Origin: an uncultured virus (IMG/VR IMGVR_UViG_3300049570_000094)
Lineage: Duplodnaviria; Heunggongvirae; Uroviricota; Caudoviricetes
DNA: 25,875 nt
Reading direction: 5' to 3' (one strand)
Virus record (IMG/VR): IMGVR_UViG_3300049570_000094
The notes beneath the pieces were generated by a model. The model worked only from the letters and a program-made list of their open reading frames with translations. It was not told where the DNA came from and ran no database searches. Position numbers and translations under genes: made by a program. Positions 24,221-25,875 of this stretch are shown here, piece by piece (the stretch's first letter is position 1; every line of letters begins with the position of its first letter).

Positions 24221-24477
24221 TGGAAATCATTCCGCGCTTGAGAAAGCTTGGCTATCGCGTCGAGCGAACCAAGCGGCCTTTGTCACGCGGCGTGAAATAC
24301 CGCGTTTACAAGCCGCCTGACACTACGATCGCTGTTGTGTATTCACGTGGCGAATTAAAGGAAGTTGCCGCAGCAATATTCCAAGGCAAGGAAATGCCTG
24401 CACCGTGGCCGTATTCACCCGCAGGGAAGCGGAGTTCGTTCGTAAAGGAATGCAATCGCGGTAAATCCTGCATCTAA
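24220..24477 (+). CDS. Hypothetical basic protein, 85 aa
   Basis: Coupled start; AGGTGG upstream. Confidence 0.65.
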   Translation: MEIIPRLRKLGYRVERTKRPLSRGVKYRVYKPPDTTIAVVYSRGELKEVAAAIFQGKEMPAPWPYSPAGKRSSFVKECNRGKSCI

Positions 24478-24504
24478 TTACCTGTAATTAACCGGAGAAA
24501 TCAA

Positions 24505-24756
24505 ATGAATTCCAAGACCATCGCAATGCTCGTTGTCGGTATCGCCTTCAATGCCAAGGCACTCACGCTGGAAGGCGGTTACGCAATCACGGGCGGCGGC
24601 AAGCGCGTACACTTCGAACCGGCGCAGATCGTGAAGGAGAAGCGCGCTCCCGATGGCCGCTGCACGTACGCGCTGGCAAAATTCAGCGACGGATCGAAGG
24701 TGGAATTCCGTTGGAGTTCCAAGGATCACGGGCCGACGTATCGGAGCATGTCGTGA
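24505..24756 (+). CDS. Hypothetical protein, 83 aa
   Basis: GGAG RBS. Confidence 0.7.
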   Translation: MNSKTIAMLVVGIAFNAKALTLEGGYAITGGGKRVHFEPAQIVKEKRAPDGRCTYALAKFSDGSKVEFRWSSKDHGPTYRSMS

Positions 24757-24905
24757 ATTACATGCGCAAAATCGCTGCGAGCATTCTCGGCGAATATCGG
24801 CACGGCGTTATTGATTATTCGGAGGCGGTGTACAAGCTGTACCGCAAATTCGGATATTCATTGCCGGAGTCAAGGCGCTTTCTGACGACAGGAGTATTCA
24901 CATGA
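24753..24905 (+). CDS. Hypothetical protein, about 50 aa
   Basis: GTGA overlap with the previous stop, GGAG upstream, ATGA overlap with the next gene. Confidence 0.55.
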   Translation: MNYMRKIAASILGEYRHGVIDYSEAVYKLYRKFGYSLPESRRFLTTGVFT

Positions 24906-25441
24906 GTTTCGTAACCCACGGTAAGCAAGGCGAATACATAACGCACGTCTCTTCTATTGACGCAGCCGAGCAGAGTCGGCGAGCGAATGCGCTCAAAAAG
25001 CAAATGTCGAACACCGAGAAATGGAGTCTCGAATTGTTCTGGCTTTATTGCCTTGCAGTGATCGTCACAGGCTGGACGCAGGGAGCGTCAGCGCGTTCGT
25101 ATCAAGGCGGGCCGACAAATGCGATTGCGAGCATTGACGAAGGCGTTGCGAATTGTTTTTGTAGTAGCGGAGCAATTCGACTGGTCGATTTGTACAACGA
25201 CGACTTGGGTTCTCGAAAGGAAATGATCGAGAATCGACTGGCTGCGGAAATCCTCAAGCGAACGTCTGACGATCAAGACCCTTGGGCGAGAATTATTCCG
25301 TTCAATGATTCGCATTCTTTCGTCGAAGTTGTGCAGCTATGGCGCGATGTAGGAACGGAATCCGGATGGGATGAAAGCAAGCTGTATGAAATCGCGCCTT
25401 GGATTCGTAAAGGCAGCGCATTTCTTGCTGCGCTTATTTAG
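24902..25441 (+). CDS. Hypothetical protein, DUF6197-like, 179 aa
   Basis: AGGAG RBS; 'GWTQGA-x-AR...CFC-x-x-GAI...FND...EV-x-x-L' pattern, recalled rather than searched. Confidence 0.6.
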   Translation: MSFVTHGKQGEYITHVSSIDAAEQSRRANALKKQMSNTEKWSLELFWLYCLAVIVTGWTQGASARSYQGGPTNAIASIDEGVANCFCSSGAIRLVDLYNDDLGSRKEMIENRLAAEILKRTSDDQDPWARIIPFNDSHSFVEVVQLWRDVGTESGWDESKLYEIAPWIRKGSAFLAALI

Positions 25442-25452
25442 GAGGGAATGAA

Positions 25453-25875
25453 ATGGCTAGATGCGATCGCGTTTCTTTCGTCGGCAATTTCCGTTGCGAT
25501 CGAAAGGTCGAGAAGAACGGGCGCTGCAAGGTGCATAACTATCCGCAGCACAAGAACGCTCCCAAATATGATCCAGCGAAGGAGCCGATGCGAAAGGACG
25601 AAACAACGGAGGCTTTGAAGAAGCCTGTCACCGTGGCCGTGGGCGAGCCCGATCCTTCGGCCGAAAAGAAAGAACCCATGCACGTTGACTATTGGCTGGA
25701 CAAAATCACATGGGGATATTCGCGCGGTGAAATGCTGGCGCGCGTGTTCATTGAATTGTTCCGCATGCCTGCATGGAAGAAAGCGAATTACGCGCCGTTT
25801 CTCGCTGGCTTCAAGGTGCTTTGCAATTACAAAGGCGAGAAAATGCGGCTTATCGGTGCGTCGCGCATGGGAGAC
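25453..25875 (+). CDS. Hypothetical protein with N-terminal CCCH motif, truncated by the window end
   Basis: GGAGGG RBS; frame open for 141 codons: MARCDRVSFVGNFRCDRKVEKNGRCKVH...HVDYWLD...GASRMGD. Not in the ORF track. Confidence 0.75.
   Translation, partial: MARCDRVSFVGNFRCDRKVEKNGRCKVHNYPQHKNAPKYDPAKEPMRKDETTEALKKPVTVAVGEPDPSAEKKEPMHVDYWLDKITWGYSRGEMLARVFIELFRMPAWKKANYAPFLAGFKVLCNYKGEKMRLIGASRMGD

Overview
Fragment of a tailed dsDNA phage genome with siphovirus-type morphogenesis genes. The spanins point to a Gram-negative host. No integrase, tRNA or CRISPR array was seen. Positions 1-19087 form one tightly coupled minus-strand late operon, read right to left: putative terS, GpA-type terL, two small genes, holin-like protein, SLT endolysin, a five-gene fibre/adhesin block (including a beta-helix+PKD protein), overlapped spanins, portal, S49 protease, scaffold, decoration protein, major capsid, head-tail connectors, tail terminator, tail tube, and tail chaperone with a GGGAAAA -1 frameshift. 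The fibre block lies inside the lysis cassette, which itself lies between terminase and portal. Positions 19088-20046 and 21801-22577 are non-coding and rich in repeats, palindromes, AT patches and predicted RNA structure. They bracket a GC-rich plus-strand cassette of orphan genes, possibly a genome-end/pre-early region. Positions 22578-25875 carry small plus-strand early-type genes, one with a bL12 C-terminal-like domain. All family calls come from motif recall and synteny, not database searches.
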